Assembly (NCBI GenBank): GCA_965221425.1
Contig: OZ244889.1
Coordinates: 2,560,675-2,624,674, forward strand
Origin: Candidatus Poribacteria bacterium
Lineage (GTDB): Bacteria > Poribacteria > WGA-4E > WGA-3G
Reading direction: 5' to 3'
Length of the DNA stretch: 64,000 nucleotides
Shown: piece by piece, positions 10,488-21,400 of the stretch
Layout: every line of letters starts with the position of its first letter
Position numbering within the stretch: the first letter of the stretch is position 1
The notes under the pieces: generated by a model
What the model saw: the letters and a program-made list of their open reading frames with translations, nothing else
The model's database searches: none
Told to the model about the DNA's origin: nothing
Position numbers and translations under genes: made by a program

Positions 10488-11185
10488 GTCTGAATCGCGG
10501 GTTATCGCGGATTTATCGGATTGTGTTTTGTTGATGCGAAATTGTTTTTTACAAGATTTCGTTGTAAAGTCCACGTGTATACATTTATACGATGAAGATT
10601 AAAAAATAAATTGGGTAATTTAGCGAGGTTAGGAAGAAATCAACGGTATGAATCATGGCGAATGCCATACGGGGAATGCCATACGCGCATTCATACCGTT
10701 GATTTGGCGCATTCGTCTTTAGGCATTCCCCGCCTTGCCAGCAGAGATGTACACCTGCTGCTGGCGAGGTTTCCTAACCTCGCTCCCTTACCGAAATATC
10801 TATTTAAACCCCATAAAGTTTGTGCAGTAAAGACGCAAACTGGAAAGTTTGCGGTACAAAAGACATGCCCGATATTGTGCAGCAGCAACTGGCAGCTGCA
10901 CATTTTTGTGCAGAAATCGGTAAAATATCGGCTTTGGCATTGGCATATAAATTGCACATTTTCCTGTGTGGACAAGTATTTTTTGGTTATGTGTATAGAC
11001 GGAGGGTAGGAATAATCCGAGATAATCCGAGATTCAGACAATAAGCGAGGTTAGGAAGAAATCAACGGTATGAATGCCATTGGGCGAATACGCGTGTGGT
11101 ATTCGCCATGATTTCCCGCCTCGCCAGCAGAGATGCACACCTGCTGCTGGCGAGGTTTCCTAACCTCGCAAAATTACCGAATCAA
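10488..11185. mobile_element. Composite nested repeat: family-B MITE (TIRs gtctgaatcgcggatta... at 10488 and ...taatccgagattcagac at 11010-11039) with a family-A element inserted inside it (10591-10862) and a second family-A copy abutting it (11042-11185)
   Basis: TIR and cgaggttaggaa...ttcctaacctcg palindromes read directly. No long ORF. Track ORFs 10611-11281 lie entirely inside the repeats. Confidence 0.7.
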
Positions 11186-11669
11186 GGGGACTTCAAAAGG
11201 AAATTCGTCCGTTCTGAAAAAAAATTGTTGCGCAAAAAGTGTAAAAGCCGTATAATACTTAAAAATGTAAATTACTTATGAAGTAATTGACATTTTTAGT
11301 AAAGTACTGTATGCTTTACAAAAGGTGTGATAAATAAATGCACAAGATGTTTGTGTGTCGCACCTGGGCACGCTTACCCAGCTTTGCTGGGGCGCGCTGA
11401 TAGTGTTGGTACCACTCTCAACGCGCGGCCATGCCATATCGTAACTATGACAGGGCTGGTTTTCATTATATCACAGATGGCCTGTGATTGGAATATGGAA
11501 ACCAGCGGGCCCGAAGGAAACAGTTGACAGCAACTTTCATTTTCCTGCCAACATCTCTCCTTTCGGGACTGTCAAAATCAAAACAGACCGCTGGACGCTT
11601 TTTTCGTCCAGTCCGATAAATTCAACGATATGCTCGGGAGAGTATATCCACTTCTATAAAGGAGAAGAA

Positions 11670-12455
11670 ATGAAAGTAAGAACGTTTAGATCCATCAGCA
11701 TCGTCACGACGATGCTACTTTCCTTGTGTTTTGTTATCAATAGTTATGCAGCGTCTATCACGTATATGTCAGTATATCCTCCGAATGATTGGGGCGATGG
11801 TGCCAACGTCACCGTCTCTTTAGGCACAGACGCTGACATACTGTATATTAGATGGTCTGTAAACGGGACCGTTGAAAGGTGGACGATGCATAGTAAAGAC
11901 ACGCGCACCGTCACTGAGAACTTCACACTCATAGGTGCCATTAGAGGTAAAAAATATGAGGTAGAAGCAGCAGTCTGGTTCTGGGGTGAGGATGATGTAT
12001 CGGATACCGATTCGGAGACGTTTTGGGTCTATAAACCGAAATACACCTCCGAACCGGAGAAACCCCCGAAAAAGCACAAAAATATCTCGGGGTATGCCGA
12101 ACTTTCGAGACAGTATTATGATGGGAGTGATATTGTGATGTCGGGTTATGTTTATGCGTCTAGCTCGCAGGGGTCACGGTCAGCTTACTCCCGTTTTAGA
12201 CATACTTTGACGGGACGCCGTGAGATTGAACGCGATCATCCGCTGACTGACGAAGGCGAGCTTACGACCGAAACTGTTAGTCCGAATTCCAGTTATTCTC
12301 ACTCCGATACCCTTACACACCCTAATGTGGATCTCATAGATGATAAGCGGGTTGACTCGGGGGCATACATTCGGCTTGTTGTCGTTGGACAGCAAGGGGA
12401 AGACGAGTACGTAATCGAGAATACTGAGACGTTTACTAGTGCAGATGCAGAGTAG
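11670..12455 (+). CDS. Hypothetical secreted protein
   Basis: ATG at 11670 with AAAGGAGAAG RBS. Signal peptide MKVRTFRSISIVTTMLLSLCFVINSYAA. The track ORF starts upstream at 11484. Confidence 0.6.
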   Translation: MKVRTFRSISIVTTMLLSLCFVINSYAASITYMSVYPPNDWGDGANVTVSLGTDADILYIRWSVNGTVERWTMHSKDTRTVTENFTLIGAIRGKKYEVEAAVWFWGEDDVSDTDSETFWVYKPKYTSEPEKPPKKHKNISGYAELSRQYYDGSDIVMSGYVYASSSQGSRSAYSRFRHTLTGRREIERDHPLTDEGELTTETVSPNSSYSHSDTLTHPNVDLIDDKRVDSGAYIRLVVVGQQGEDEYVIENTETFTSADAE

Positions 12456-12476
12456 GATGCCTCATCCTGATTAACT

Positions 12477-12504
12477 GAAGCAGCCCTGTTAAAGGGGCTG
12501 CTTC
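12477..12504 (+). terminator. Hairpin gaagcagccc-N8-gggctgcttc downstream of the secreted-protein gene
   Basis: 10-bp perfect stem seen in sequence; weak U-tract. Confidence 0.4.
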
Positions 12505-12594
12505 TAAAAGTTCGAAAGCAGCACAAACTGGCAGTTTATGCTACAAAGAGGAACAGCACAAACTGGCAGATTGTGGGACAAAGAGGAGGATCCG

Positions 12595-13623
12595 ATGCAG
12601 TTTTGGAAATGGATATGTATGCTTTTAATTCTGTTGTTCTGTCCGATGGTGGCGCGTGCAAAGATCGTTTTTCTGTCCGCCCCAACCCCCTTTGTTAAAG
12701 ATAGAGCTATTTACGTCATGAATGACGATGGGAGCAATAAGACACTTGTTTATGATGGGAAACCCAGGATGCGGGACACGCACTGGACTCCCACCGGACA
12801 GATTTTTTTTAGAAGTCTGAATGAGCTTTACCGGATAAATCCGGATGGCACAGGTCTTGAGCAACTCGCTGATCTCGGTGGCGGTGGGACGTTGCACGCT
12901 TTAGCCTTTTCACCCGATGGGAAAAAGGTTCTGTTTGACTGGGAGGAACGTATTGATGGGAAAGCTGTCTGGAGCATGCATGTATTAGATATTGGAACGG
13001 GCAAGATCAGAAAGATAGCGGATGTAGGTGCTGCTGGTCCTGATTGGTCTCCGGATGGGAGATATATTGTGTATTCAACGTCGCTTCGTTTAGGGGGCTT
13101 TGGGAACAGTCTTTGGATTATGACCGCTGAGGGGCGCAAGGCGCGTGAGATAGTCTCGCCTCCTGCAGCGGGTGAGTTGAATATCGCGAGGTGGGGGCCG
13201 CGCTGGTCGCCCGATAGTCAACAGATCGTGTATTCACAAGAAAATTTTGTTTGGGAGGAACAAGCCCCGAATGTTATCGCTTGGGTCCGGAAAGCGTTTT
13301 ACATTGTGATTTGCGATAGAAACGGCAGAACGATCAGACGATTAAAGGTGCCGAAAAACTTGGATGCTGGGAATTTTGCCTGGATGGACGGTGGCAAATT
13401 TATCCTATTCACTGGGAAGGAGCGGGTCCTGGATAGAGTGCCGCCTAAAGAGAGAGAGTTCCCACCGATTAATACCTATAAGTATAATCTTAGGACGAAT
13501 GAGATGGTACAGCTCACAAACCATCCGGGCCATGACAGTTCTATAGATTGGATTAGTGATGATGTGTTATCGGTCACCCCACAAGACAAAAAAAAAGTAA
13601 CGTGGGGTGCGATTAAGGAGTAA
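12595..13623 (+). CDS. TolB-like PD40/WD40-like beta-propeller periplasmic protein
   Basis: ATG at 12595 with AGGAGGA RBS. Signal peptide MQFWKWICMLLILLFCPMVARA. Repeated SPDG/DGK beta-propeller blades. Confidence 0.75.
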   Translation: MQFWKWICMLLILLFCPMVARAKIVFLSAPTPFVKDRAIYVMNDDGSNKTLVYDGKPRMRDTHWTPTGQIFFRSLNELYRINPDGTGLEQLADLGGGGTLHALAFSPDGKKVLFDWEERIDGKAVWSMHVLDIGTGKIRKIADVGAAGPDWSPDGRYIVYSTSLRLGGFGNSLWIMTAEGRKAREIVSPPAAGELNIARWGPRWSPDSQQIVYSQENFVWEEQAPNVIAWVRKAFYIVICDRNGRTIRRLKVPKNLDAGNFAWMDGGKFILFTGKERVLDRVPPKEREFPPINTYKYNLRTNEMVQLTNHPGHDSSIDWISDDVLSVTPQDKKKVTWGAIKE

Positions 13624-13647
13624 AGCCTTGACCTATAATAAATTCAC

Positions 13648-13686
13648 ACAGGCAGGTACCCCTTTGGGTACCTGCCTGTTTCTTTG
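13648..13686 (+). terminator. Rho-independent terminator (14-bp stem acaggcaggtaccc / gggtacctgcctgt, loop cttt, then T-rich)
   Basis: Perfect inverted repeat followed by ttctttg. Confidence 0.7.
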
Positions 13687-14056
13687 CGTTAATTGACAGC
13701 ACTGTCAAAAGTAGTCTTATACCATTTCCATTAATTTTTCTCCATTAGCAGTTGTTAGAAATGAAGCGGAATACGGCACAAACTATGAAGTTTATGCTAC
13801 AAAAGAGAGACATTATATATCAGAAAAGGACACCAGAAAAAACCGAAAACTAAATTATCTTATCTTTGATTTGACATTTTTGATTTTTTGTGGTATTTTA
13901 TAATATAAGTTTTTAAAGAGTTCGTGATTACCGTGAAGTGTTTGATATAAACTACCTATTGAGCATCTTAGGACTATATATCTGGTTAATCTTACATTCA
14001 AAATTGGTTATCTTAAATTTGGCTTGAATTTGTTATGGGAGGAACACAAAAGATTT

Positions 14057-15259
14057 ATGAAAAATCTTGCAATAATTCCACTGATTCTAATCTTATTTGC
14101 TTGTTTTAGCTGTGACACAAAACAGAAAGGCCCTAGTCATCTGTCGGTTGGAAAAAATAAACTTATTGAAAGTGGACTCACAATAGAGGCAATTGAACAT
14201 CTCATAAAAGCAGAGAAGCAAGAAAAAAATAAAATAGAACCGCGTGCGCTGCTCGTAATAGCATACTCACATGCACTTGCATCAGGCGCGGCAAAAGGGC
14301 AGGACTTTGAAGCAGAATACAAAAAACAGAGAACTGAAAGAATAGCTGCCTTGAATGAAGCAGAGATCAACAAAATGATCGAAATTCTCAGTAAACGTTC
14401 AGAGGTACAGCGAGATGGCTTTCGCGCATTGGTCGAGAAAGGCACAGACGCTGCAGTTCTAATAATTGACAATTTTGCCAAAGATTTATATCCAGAAATA
14501 CATGATAATTTTATTTTAGCACTTGAGCAAATGGGAACTAAGGTGATTGATCCTATTTTGGATAGTATAGTCGACGCAGAGATGAGTTCGGCAGTAAAAA
14601 TAAAACTAATTCAAGTACTTGGCAAGATTGGTGATGAGAAAACGGCTGCCAAATTAAAATCCATTGATACAACCAACATGAGCGATGCGCTCAAAATGGC
14701 AATTTACACGACCTTATATCAGCTCGGTGATAAAAAATATAAATCTATGATCCTCGTAGGGCTAACTGCAAATGAGGTTGAAGTGCGACGTGCTGCAGCA
14801 AAAGCAATGGTTAACCTCAAGGATGTCAACACAAACACTCTTATCAAAGCACTTAAAGACGATGATTCACAGGTAGTTACTGACATTGCAAAAGCACTCT
14901 CTGTCTACAAAACCAAAGAGGCTGTTGCCCCATTAGTAGATATCATCAAGAGTGAGCATAGTCCAAAAGCAAAGCAAGCGGCTTTAAATACGCTCGCTAC
15001 CTATATTGAAGCAGGCGGCCTTACAAGAGGGTTAGCAGGCAACTTGTCGTTATTACTTATTAATAAAGAGGTAAGCAATCCAGAAGACCGTTTGCGGTTG
15101 GTGCAATTTCTCAAAAACCGGATGGTGAAGCAGCTAAAAGCAACAATTACGTTTAATGATGAACTTGCTACAAAACTTTACAATTATGTTCAAAATGATG
15201 AAGACAGTACATTTGTAAAAACCGAACTTCATGGACTTCTCAACCTTATTAGAAAATAG
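14057..15259 (+). CDS. HEAT/PBS-lyase-like repeat lipoprotein
   Basis: MKNLAIIPLILILFACFSC signal/lipobox. Repeated helical HEAT-like units (EVRRAAAKAM, SQVVTDIAKAL, PKAKQAALNTL). Confidence 0.65.
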   Translation: MKNLAIIPLILILFACFSCDTKQKGPSHLSVGKNKLIESGLTIEAIEHLIKAEKQEKNKIEPRALLVIAYSHALASGAAKGQDFEAEYKKQRTERIAALNEAEINKMIEILSKRSEVQRDGFRALVEKGTDAAVLIIDNFAKDLYPEIHDNFILALEQMGTKVIDPILDSIVDAEMSSAVKIKLIQVLGKIGDEKTAAKLKSIDTTNMSDALKMAIYTTLYQLGDKKYKSMILVGLTANEVEVRRAAAKAMVNLKDVNTNTLIKALKDDDSQVVTDIAKALSVYKTKEAVAPLVDIIKSEHSPKAKQAALNTLATYIEAGGLTRGLAGNLSLLLINKEVSNPEDRLRLVQFLKNRMVKQLKATITFNDELATKLYNYVQNDEDSTFVKTELHGLLNLIRK

Positions 15260-15468
15260 GCATCTTAGCGGATGCCAATCTGTATACTGGTTAATTGTAA
15301 CTTCTCTCATATCGGACAAGGTGCTTCTCTGTAGCACACAATAGCCTACTGTATCGGCTATCCGTTTGTCATGGTATCCTCTTTCAAAGAGGGTGTCAAT
15401 AGGACAACTTTGCAGGTCTCATTGATAATCAGATTATTTTCACTGTATGGCATTTCTTTTTCCCACTA

Positions 15469-15795
15469 TAATAACCTAAGTTGCCACCCACCTTGTAGCA
15501 CAATCTGTATGAAGTTTAAGTAAATATTTCGGTAATTGGCAAGGTTAGGAAGAAATCAACGGTATGAATGCCATTAGGCATTCCCCGCCTTGCCAGCAGC
15601 AGGTGTACATCTCTGCTGGCGAGGTTTCCTAACCTCGCTAAATTACCCAATTTATTTTTTAATCTTCATTTAGATTGTGCCTGTGCGTGCGCAAACTGAC
15701 AGTTTGCGCTACAAACTCTTGCAAATAGTGCGCTACTTTTGATTAAAACAGTGTCTGCATGTCTAAAAACTTATCCGTAGCAACTTGGATTATGA
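15469..15795. repeat. Family-A MITE-like composite element
   Basis: ggcaaggttaggaagaaatcaacggtatgaatgcc...ctgctggcgaggtttcctaacctcgc, plus aatcttcatttagattgtg, gcaaactgacagtttgcgctac and ccgtagcaacttggattat modules. Confidence 0.8.
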
Positions 15796-15797
15796 TA

Positions 15798-16853
15798 TTA
15801 AAATGAATACAATGCCGTAACGGAAACCAGCGACCCCAACTTAAACGCATCGTTTCCAGATGCTGTATCATCGTAAAGGGTTTCCTGCTGTATTGGCAGC
15901 ATCAATGTAATGGTCAACGGGACGTTGTAAGGCGTTGCAACAGACGCACCCAACGATGCCATGCTAAAACGCAATCCTGTATTGATGTCAATCTCACCAT
16001 CCCAATGTGCATAAGATTGATAAAGTCCAAGATAACTTGTCTGCAGAGACAACCAATCAGTGACACGATAATTCAACCCACCAGTGTAGGTCACATCCCA
16101 CGAACCGCGATAGGTTTTGCTGTTTTCATAGAATGGAACTTTACTCCGCACACTCACATTTCCGCGTAATCCGCCATAGACAGGAAAATTGTAGCGCACA
16201 TCCGCAATCGGATTAAACGTGCCTGTCCCAAATTGGATATGGAGATGTTGCTTGCCCATAGATCCAAGTTTCCACGGGTCATCCTCGGTCTTACCAAATG
16301 GAATTGTTGTGCCAAATTTCGCTGTCAGCATATCATTTTGTCCAAAGATGCCATGTTTGTGATAAGCTATCAAAAGATCCATATCCGATATGCCTTGATA
16401 GGTTTCGTCACGGTGATGAATTTCTTGATAAAGTAAAATTTTCCTTTTCATCTCAGGATCATCAATGTTCTCAAGTCCACCGATGTTGGCATCTTGATCT
16501 TTTATCTCATAAGGCACTACTGTTTCCAGTCGAAAATGCTTGTTAAGCTGATATTTTAGACCGACATCAAACCGCACAACGTTCATCTCAACTTCATGTT
16601 TGTGAGCTGCCACAACTTCGGGTAAACTACCAATTGAAGATAGTCCCTTATTCTCGTCGTGTCCACCTTGTGCATTAAATGTTCGTGTGCCAAAGGAGAT
16701 TTGAAATTTCTTTTGCTCTGAAGTTAAACTAACTTCACTACCCCCACCTTGTGGGATTGTGGGGTTGCTTCACGCACCTCAGCTCTCTTGTGCAAAACCG
16801 AGAGGGATAAAGATGAATTGTATGGCTAAAATTGCCACGACAAAGTTTTTCAT
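15798..16853 (-). CDS. Secreted outer-membrane beta-barrel-like protein (C-terminal ...ALYSF); reading frame contains two in-frame TGA codons (16770-16772 and 16779-16781) directly after the signal peptide
   Basis: ATG at 16853 with GAGGT RBS. Signal peptide MKNFVVAILAIQFIFIPLGFA-QES, then TGA-GGT-GCG-TGA, then 328 codons open in the same frame and ending in Phe. This is a recoded site or a pseudogene. The track ORF starts only at GTG 16613. Confidence 0.6.
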
Positions 16854-17061
16854 ATCGTTTTACCTCAGGAAAATATGTTTTGGAATATTCGTTGATATTG
16901 TAATCAATTATCAGTTAAATTTATTTCGTTCTATCTTTATTATATTGTAGCAGATTATTTCTTCCGATGTCAATGCAAATTGGGAATCAAACTTTTCTGA
17001 GTATTGTTTAATCCATATTTCTGTGTTATACTCTATTCAGAACTTTGAAAGGATAATAATA

Positions 17062-17982
17062 ATGAATACAGATATTGATCAAAGCACATCACAATCAGAT
17101 ATACCTGAAGGCGCAAAATTTCGGCTTGGCAAGAGTAGTATAATAGGCAATGTCGCCTTCTCTCCAGATGGTACTCGACTCGCTGTTGCTGGCGACATCG
17201 GAACATGGATATATGACACACATAGCGGTGAAGAGGTTAGTCTTCTTGCAGGACATACAGAATATGTTTGGAGTGTTGCTTATGCTCCAGATGGTGAAAC
17301 AGTCGCTACAGGTAGCTATGAAGAGATATGGCTATGGGATAGTGCGGCCGGCCATCCGAAGGCGACACTTAAAGAACATAGGGACTATGTGAGGGCATTA
17401 GCATTTTCCCCTGATGGCAGCACGCTCGCGAGTGGTGGCGCAGACAATATCGGAATACTGTGGGACATCACCACAGAACAACCCAAAGCCACACTCAAAG
17501 GCCATTCGGGTTCTATTAGAAGTATTGCGTATTCTCCGGATGGTAGCACAATCGTTACAGGGAGTTCAGACGAGATGGTGGTCCTATGGCACGCTGCTAC
17601 AGGGCAATCCAAAATGTCACTCAAAGGACATACGCACGTTGTCAATTCAGTTGCATATTCTCCGGATGGTAGCACAATCGTTACAGGGAGTTCCGATGGC
17701 ACAGTGCGGTTGTGGGATGCATTCACAGCACGCCGCAAAAGTACACTCACAGAGCACAAGTTTTATATTTGGAGCGTTACATATTCCCCGGATGGTGGCA
17801 CAATCGCAATTGGGGGTAGGGATGGAGCAGTCCGTTTAGTAGATGCTGTTACAGGGAAAGTGGAAAATGAACTCAAAGGACACATAGGTTCTGTGAGAAG
17901 TGTTGCGTATTCTCCGGATGGCGACACAATTGCCAGTGGCAGTGAAGATCACTCTGTGCTTTTATGGGACCTTGCTTTGTAG
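17062..17982 (+). CDS. WD40 repeat protein (7 blades)
   Basis: Seven SPDG...W-D repeats. Two near-identical 40-bp internal segments (about 17530 and 17650). Confidence 0.85.
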   Translation: MNTDIDQSTSQSDIPEGAKFRLGKSSIIGNVAFSPDGTRLAVAGDIGTWIYDTHSGEEVSLLAGHTEYVWSVAYAPDGETVATGSYEEIWLWDSAAGHPKATLKEHRDYVRALAFSPDGSTLASGGADNIGILWDITTEQPKATLKGHSGSIRSIAYSPDGSTIVTGSSDEMVVLWHAATGQSKMSLKGHTHVVNSVAYSPDGSTIVTGSSDGTVRLWDAFTARRKSTLTEHKFYIWSVTYSPDGGTIAIGGRDGAVRLVDAVTGKVENELKGHIGSVRSVAYSPDGDTIASGSEDHSVLLWDLAL

Positions 17983-18016
17983 CAGTATGGTATAACGATT
18001 TTTTTTTAGAGATGAA

Positions 18017-18345
18017 ACGCAAACTAAATGAAGTTTAAATAAATATTTCGGTAAGGGGCGAGGTTAGGAAACCTCGCCAGCAGCATGTGCACATCTCTGC
18101 TGGTGGCGAGGTTTCCTAACCTCGCAAAATTACCCAATTAATAACTTAAACTTCATACAGTTTGCGCTACAAAAATGTCTCATTATAGTCCAATCCGAAA
18201 ATATGTGGACATCTCAATGAACAAGAACCCACACACCATCGCTGCTGGCGAGGCTGCGTGTATTCGCCATGATTCATACCCGGGGAATGACTAAACGTCA
18301 TTCATACCGTTGATTTCTTGATTTCTTCCTAACCTCGCCAATGTT
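18017..18345. repeat. Family-A MITE-like composite element (two palindromic cores)
   Basis: ggcgaggttaggaaacctcgccagcag...ctgctggtggcgaggtttcctaacctcgc, plus a second degenerate copy at 18240-18340. Confidence 0.8.
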
Positions 18346-18499
18346 CAGGTAATTGTGAGTTTTACTATAAAAAAGATAGTATCGTAACCTTTTTTACTCA
18401 TATTCCTCCAATTCTCGTAAATTTATGCACCCGGCCCTGCACTAAGGCGCGTCACAAAATATAAAGGACAATGAAATTATCTATTTCAAGAGGTGACAC

Positions 18500-21400
18500 A
18501 TGAAACACAATGATACTGAACTCATCCAACAGATCCTTTCGGGCAATGACGATGCTTTTTCAACGCTGGTGAGAAAATACCAGAAGCAGGTTCACGCGCT
18601 TGCGTGGCGGATTATCGGTGACTTCCACATCGCTGAAGAAATTACCCAAGATGCATTCCTGAAGGCATATATGGAGTTGAAAAACCTGAAGGAACCACAA
18701 CGTTTTGCAGGTTGGTTGTCTGTGATTACAAGACGTAGGTGCTTTGCATGGCTGCGCAAAAAACGCATGGGCACACAGTCCCTTGAACATCTGGAAGAAT
18801 CAGACAGTGAACAAATAGAAAAGGCTGCATATTCAGAGTATGTTGTTAAGGAAAAGGAACGAACAGCCGCAGAAACACAGCGCGATGTTGTAAAAAAATT
18901 GCTTGCCAAACTACAAGAGAGTGAACGCACTGTCATGACATTGCATTACTTCGGGGAAATGACCTGTGCAGAGATTGGCGAGTTTTTAGGTGTCTCCGCA
19001 AACACGATTAAGAGTCGGCTCCGCCGAGCGCAGCAGCGTTTACAGAAACATGAACCGATAATAAGAGAGGCATTAGAACATTTCAAAATCACACCGAATC
19101 TCACGGAAAACATCATGCAGGAAATTTCACAAACAAAACCTGCTGCCCCTTCTGCAAGTAAACCGTTTGTTCCCTGGTTATTCGCTGCGTCAACAGTTGT
19201 AATCGTGTTGCTCATGTTAGGTATTGGAAACAGCAAATACTTAACGCGTTTTCAGCAACCCTATAATTTTGATGCCAACTCGGAGGTAACAGTTGAAATT
19301 ATTGAAGCACCTGTTATGGCAAACCTTGCGTTAGAACCGGATGTGCGGAGACAACTCAGAAGTGCAAACGCGCAGCGTGAAAACCTTGTTCCTGATCAAC
19401 AGTCTAAAGATACCTCAACGCCATCTAAAGAGACGCATGCAGATGAAACTACCGAAAATTATGTCCAATGGGAATTGCCAAAAATGGCGAAAGCGCGTTT
19501 GGGTAAAGGTGGTATTACTGCTATGCAGTTCTCACCAGATGGCAACCAGCTCGCGCTGGGAAGTACTATTGGTATATGGCTTTATGATGTAAAAATAGGT
19601 AAAGAACTTCACTTGTTCCCTGGCCCGTGCGGCTTACTTGCTTTTTCACAGGATGGACGCTACCTCGTAAATGGGGGAAGTAAATGGTTCAGCGGCGGAG
19701 AATTCCAGATGTGGGATACCATAACTTTTCGTAAAATGCCACTTACTAAAATCCCTCCTAAGTCAGTTGCATTAAGATTTGACGAGGATGGCAAAACGCT
19801 TATCAGCATTGAATCAGGAAATTACAGCAAGAGTGGGATCGATTCAATAAGTACGATAAATCTTGACACTAAACAGGTAGATGTAAAGGATGTTAAAAAG
19901 CAATTTGGTTCGTCATTGGAATATCCTAAAGTTTATGCACTAACGCATGATAAATTTGCGATTGGTGGAAAAAATGGTCTAATTAAGTTATGGGATATAG
20001 TTTCTGGCAAAAAGGTATCCACCGTTGATGGACATGCAGAAATAATAGGTATGGTAAACTATGTTACGGCGGTAGCATTTTCTCCCGATGGCACGCGTCT
20101 TGCCAGTGGAAGCCGGGATGAAACCGTGTTGCTGTGGGATACCACTACTGGCAACCAGTTATTCACACTCCAAAAACATAAGGGGGAGACAAACGTATTA
20201 GCATTCTCCGCAGACGGAAAAATGTTAGCGACTGGAAATAGTGATACAACAGTCCAATTGTGGGATGCCACTACTGGTGAATCTCTTGCAGCTTTCACTA
20301 CACATACCAGCGCTATTACTGCCTTGGCTTTTTCGCCAGACAGCAGCACACTTGCTACTGCCAGTTCAGACGACACCGTCCGGTTATGGGATATTGAGAC
20401 AAAGAAACCACTACCAACACATATTACTGGACACACGGCGCAGGTACACACGGCGGCTTTCTCTAAGGACAGCTCTATACTTGCCAGTATCGCGGATAAT
20501 GGAACACTGACTTTTTGGGATCTGAAGACATTACATAAATCCAAGGTCAATTCTATAAGTAGGTTCAGGCTCATGGGTATAAGAACAGGAAATGCTTGGT
20601 TCCCATATTTCGCGTTTTCTCCTGATGGAACAAAAATCGCAAGTATCCGTTTAGAAAGCAAAAAACGTGAATTTCAACCATTTCCTGTGCGACCAATCGC
20701 GGTGTACAATGGAAAGATTCATTTAACTGATGTCTACACCGGACAAGAGTTGACAACTTTTACCTGCCGATTTAATACCATCAATTCCGTGTCAAAAATG
20801 GTGTTTTCCCCTGATGGGAGTACATTAGCTGTCGGTGATGCTGGAATAATACACTTGTGGAAAACTAAGACTGGTGAAAAATATGAGATATATCTTACAG
20901 ATCCAGCGGAAAATCCACAAGAAATGTTTACCCTTTCCTTTTCACCTTTGTCAATCACTGCGTTAGTTTTCTCACCAGATGGAAAAAAACTTGTCAGTGG
21001 AACAATGAGCGGACGTGTACAGATGTGGGATGTGGAAACTGGAGATGAATTAACTACCCTCTTTGAAGGGTTGGATCTGAACGAAACGCTGAAAATAAGA
21101 GAGGGTGGCGGAGAACGCTCCATTAGGGTAGGCGGTAGCGAACCTATTAATGATCTGGCATTTTCGTCAAATGGTGACTTACTTGCTGTGAGTAACCAAA
21201 AACAGACCTTTTTGTTTGATAGCAAGAAACAAACTCGTATTGATAAAGTGAAGATACCAAGATCAGGAACGTTAGTGTTTTCACCCGATGATACCATGCT
21301 TGTAACTGGATCAAACGACAAAATCGTGTTATGGGATATGATAACGGGTGACAAATTATCCACAATTGACGGAGATATGAATGGAGTGGGGAAGTTGGTA

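Noticed and set aside
10611-11281. Track ORFs 10611-11009, 10691-11041, 10820-11044 and 11096-11281
   Set aside because: They lie entirely within nested family-A and family-B palindromic repeats. They are low-complexity, mutually overlapping on both strands, and have no RBS or domain, so they are spurious.
11385-11440. tRNA-like cloverleaf in the GC-rich segment (agtg..cact D-stem-like)
   Set aside because: The acceptor and anticodon stems cannot be formed, and there is no T-loop GTTCGA-type box.
11500-11530. SRP RNA (ffs) domain-IV-like motif gggcccgaaggaaacag
   Set aside because: It is only a partial match to the highly conserved GGUCCGGAAGGAAGCAG consensus. No compatible closing helix or 5'/3' terminal pairing could be found, so it is not called.
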